Assembly: GCA_037917675.1 (NCBI GenBank)
Contig: JAVCBW010000046.1
Location: forward strand, 1 to 37,289
DNA length: 37,289 nucleotides
Source of the DNA: Thermoproteota archaeon
Lineage (GTDB): Archaea > Korarchaeota > Korarchaeia > B14-G2
Direction of reading: 5' to 3'
Numbering within the stretch: position 1 is the first letter of the stretch; each line of letters opens with the position of its first letter. The position numbers and the translations under genes were made by a program. Under the pieces are notes generated by a model. The model did no database searches and was not told the DNA's origin. It saw nothing but the letters and a program-made list of their open reading frames with translations. Positions 35,401-37,289 of the stretch are shown piece by piece.

Positions 35401-36518
35401 ACACCCTAAGGTACACGTTTATTGCCCCACAAAGCTGTCTATCCAATGTCAAACCACAATTTGGACACTTAACCACCCACCTCCTTCGGAGCTTCATCAT
35501 TTCTCCTCCACACATGGGCAGGTGGTTGAAGTCTTATATGGATTTACAAGCTTTACTCTAGCTTTATAGCCCATATACTGAGTTATCATCTTCCAGTTCT
35601 GCTTAGCAACATCTCTATCATGCTTCTTCGATTTTTATGCATCCCTCGTTTATCCAGATCCTCAAAACCATGTAGGGCGTTTGGAAACGCTTCAGCTAGC
35701 CATGTGGTCAGCTTGTGGACATAATCCCTAGCCCTATTACCTTCCCTTTTACCATGTCTTGAAGCTTTGAGCTTAACTGAGTGCTTCTTGGATGCTATAC
35801 TTTGTGCCTTCTTTCTCCTGATTTCATGAACCCTGTGGATGTGGTAGAGTTTCCCTAAGTCTATTCTCATCCAGCTGTACCTGGGGGAATAACCGTCCAT
35901 GGAGCACTTATTCAAGTCCCAGCCGATGCGCTCAACCCTAACCTTATCCTTTACCAGCTTTCTGAATGTGATTATCAGCCTGTCCTCCTTTAAAACTAGT
36001 TCCCCTAGATCATACTCTCTAACTCTTCTTTTAAACCAGGCTCCTGACAGGTCAAATTTCAAGTAGAGTTCTCTGGGTTTAATTGTTATTCTGATCTTTC
36101 CATTTCTATAGACGTAGAGAGCTCCCTTAACCCTTACAAACTCTCTCTTAACTACGGGCTTGTCCCTCCTCCTTCTGCCCCTAAGATAGTTCTTCCTCCA
36201 TGAATTCAGGATAGAATAAGCTGTCTCAATGGCTGAGTCCACGTAGTGTGACGCATATCCCCAGTTTTCAAGCAATGCATCCCTCAGGCCCCTATTAAAC
36301 TCCTTAGACTTCGGAATCGTCGGAATTAAACGCTTAGCGTAATAATACTTCTTTATCTTCCTCCTTCCCTGCTTAATCACATAGTAATCTCTCTGCTTCC
36401 TCTCAACCCACTTGACATTATCCCAGATACTCTCTATCACCCTTTGTAGAAGATACCTGTAATCTTTCAGAAATTCACTGACATCATAGCTGTGCTTGAT
36501 CTTGTAGCTAAGGATCAC
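35187..36518 (-). pseudogene. tnpB: TnpB RNA-guided nuclease, frameshifted
   Basis: GTG 36518 MILSYKIKH; RuvC-I GWDLN; RuvC-II FEDL. After a frameshift near 35635: VNPYKTSTTCP, then MCG...KCPNCGLTLDRQLCGAIN (Zn ribbon and RuvC-III). The tail runs to 35187. Confidence 0.88.
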
Positions 36519-37122
36519 TAATGAGCTTCTTGCACCTTCGACCACCTTCTTATACTTGTTTGATCTCATTCCATATAACTTACCACAAAATGAGAGATTA
36601 TTGTGATTAAATCCTCTACTAATTCCTCCTGCAGAGATTTCCCCTTCTTGTTGATTACCACGATCTCCGTTCCGTAGCTCTCGAAGGACTTCTCTAAAAT
36701 TTTGAATCCAAACCTCGTTAACCTATCTGGATACGCTATTACCACTTCTGAAACCTCTCTGTTCATTACCATCTTCAAAAGCTTTTGAAAGCTCCTCCTA
36801 TCTTCTTTCAGCCCTGAACCTACATCCTTCAGAATTTCAATATCCCTTCAGAGAAATTCTCCTTGACATAAGCTTTTATAAGCTCAATCTGCCTCTCCGA
36901 ATCATCTTTCTGGTGTGTGAAGAAACTCTCGCATATCCAGCTATCTTCCTCTCCTCATGAATCCCTAGAATCCTCTTTTATCTCTGACTCTGGGACTCTA
37001 CGCTTACCGCCAATAGTTCTAACACACTTTATCTTCCCTTCCCTGTCCCACTTCTGAATTGTTCTAACATGGACTTCAAGCAGATTCTATGCTTCCTTCA
37101 TCGTATATGGCCGTTTACCCAC
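36508..37122 (-). pseudogene. tnpA: IS607 TnpA serine transposase, with a nonsense codon and frameshifts
   Basis: GTG 37122 [38 protein letters not shown] (MerR-like HTH), [45 protein letters not shown]. Confidence 0.9.
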
Positions 37123-37146
37123 TAATACCCATTATTACTCACCAAA
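37117..37146 (+). repeat. Three imperfect 10-bp direct repeats at the IS607 left end (probable TnpA binding sites)
   Basis: ACCCACTAAT / ACCCATTATT / ACTCACCAAA in tandem. Confidence 0.6.
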
Positions 37147-37289
37147 TATCTAGCAGTTTCGCTAGGCAGTGCTCGCGGTATTAGGCTAGAGGCTTGTCAA
37201 GGAGCTTATGGGTGAGCTTAAGCTGGAGGCGTGGCTAATACCAGTATGTTGTGAACTTGTGCTCGAGGAGCGGCTCAGCTAGCCCACTA

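Larger units (their letters stand above)
35184..37166 (-). mobile_element. IS607-family insertion sequence (tnpA serine recombinase + tnpB), decayed
   Basis: tnpA-tnpB tandem, higher AT content than the host, no terminal inverted repeats or target duplication, GG at both presumed junctions (35184-85, 37165-66), direct-repeat array at the left end. Boundaries are approximate. Confidence 0.85.

Noticed and set aside
880-35561. Numerous 60-215 aa antisense/overlapping ORFs (for example 880..1110, 14258..14842, 22025..22465, 23208..23729, 27229..27876)
   Set aside because: They are shadows of well-supported genes or pseudogenes on the opposite strand, Ser/Leu/Pro-rich and without motifs.
36519-36569. 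N-terminal [17 protein letters not shown] of ORF 35586..36569 as a real TnpB extension or TnpA-TnpB fusion
   Set aside because: It is the TnpA C-terminus (YGMRSxKYKK) joined to tnpB by a decay frameshift. TnpB most likely starts at GTG 36518.
1-37289. CRISPR array, tRNA or rRNA genes
   Set aside because: No regularly spaced repeats, cloverleaf/T-loop motifs or rRNA-like stretches were found by eye.
1-37289. Genome-wide reassignment of TAG to an amino acid
   Set aside because: Many intact genes (livF, livM, aminotransferase, ridA, arcC, htrA) end at TAG exactly where their families end, so TAG is normally a stop.

Overview
Archaeal chromosomal DNA, probably from a thermophilic TACK-type lineage. 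This is inferred from TATA/BRE promoters, GGAGG/GGTG Shine-Dalgarno motifs, many GTG/TTG starts, archaeal gene families and extreme AGCT/CTAG richness. From left to right the window holds: gene debris (a UPF0282-like hydrolase, a dead vapBC pair and a decayed decarboxylase copy); a nitrogen-compound cluster (split Liv-type ABC transporter, class III aminotransferase, extended SDR, group II PLP decarboxylase, RidA, YtcJ-like amidohydrolase, carbamate kinase); MPG and MIG-type DNA glycosylases; several secreted or proteolytic genes (HExxH surface protein, penicillin-acylase family, M3-like peptidase, beta-propeller/S-layer-domain protein, and an HtrA interrupted by one in-frame TAG); a DUF89 phosphatase divergent from a HerA-like ATPase with a CdvA-like coiled-coil tail; an eIF2B-like gene, lipB and a CBS protein; a parA-glpA-glpB-mini-ferredoxin operon; and a decayed IS607 (tnpA+tnpB) inserted just after a host start codon. 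No rRNA, tRNA or CRISPR array was seen. The best leads are the HerA-CdvA-like fusion, the parA/glpAB/mini-GlpC operon, the amber codon in htrA, the amine/carbamate cluster, two probable CTG starts and the AGCT/CTAG signature. All calls come from reading motifs by eye; no database search was run.
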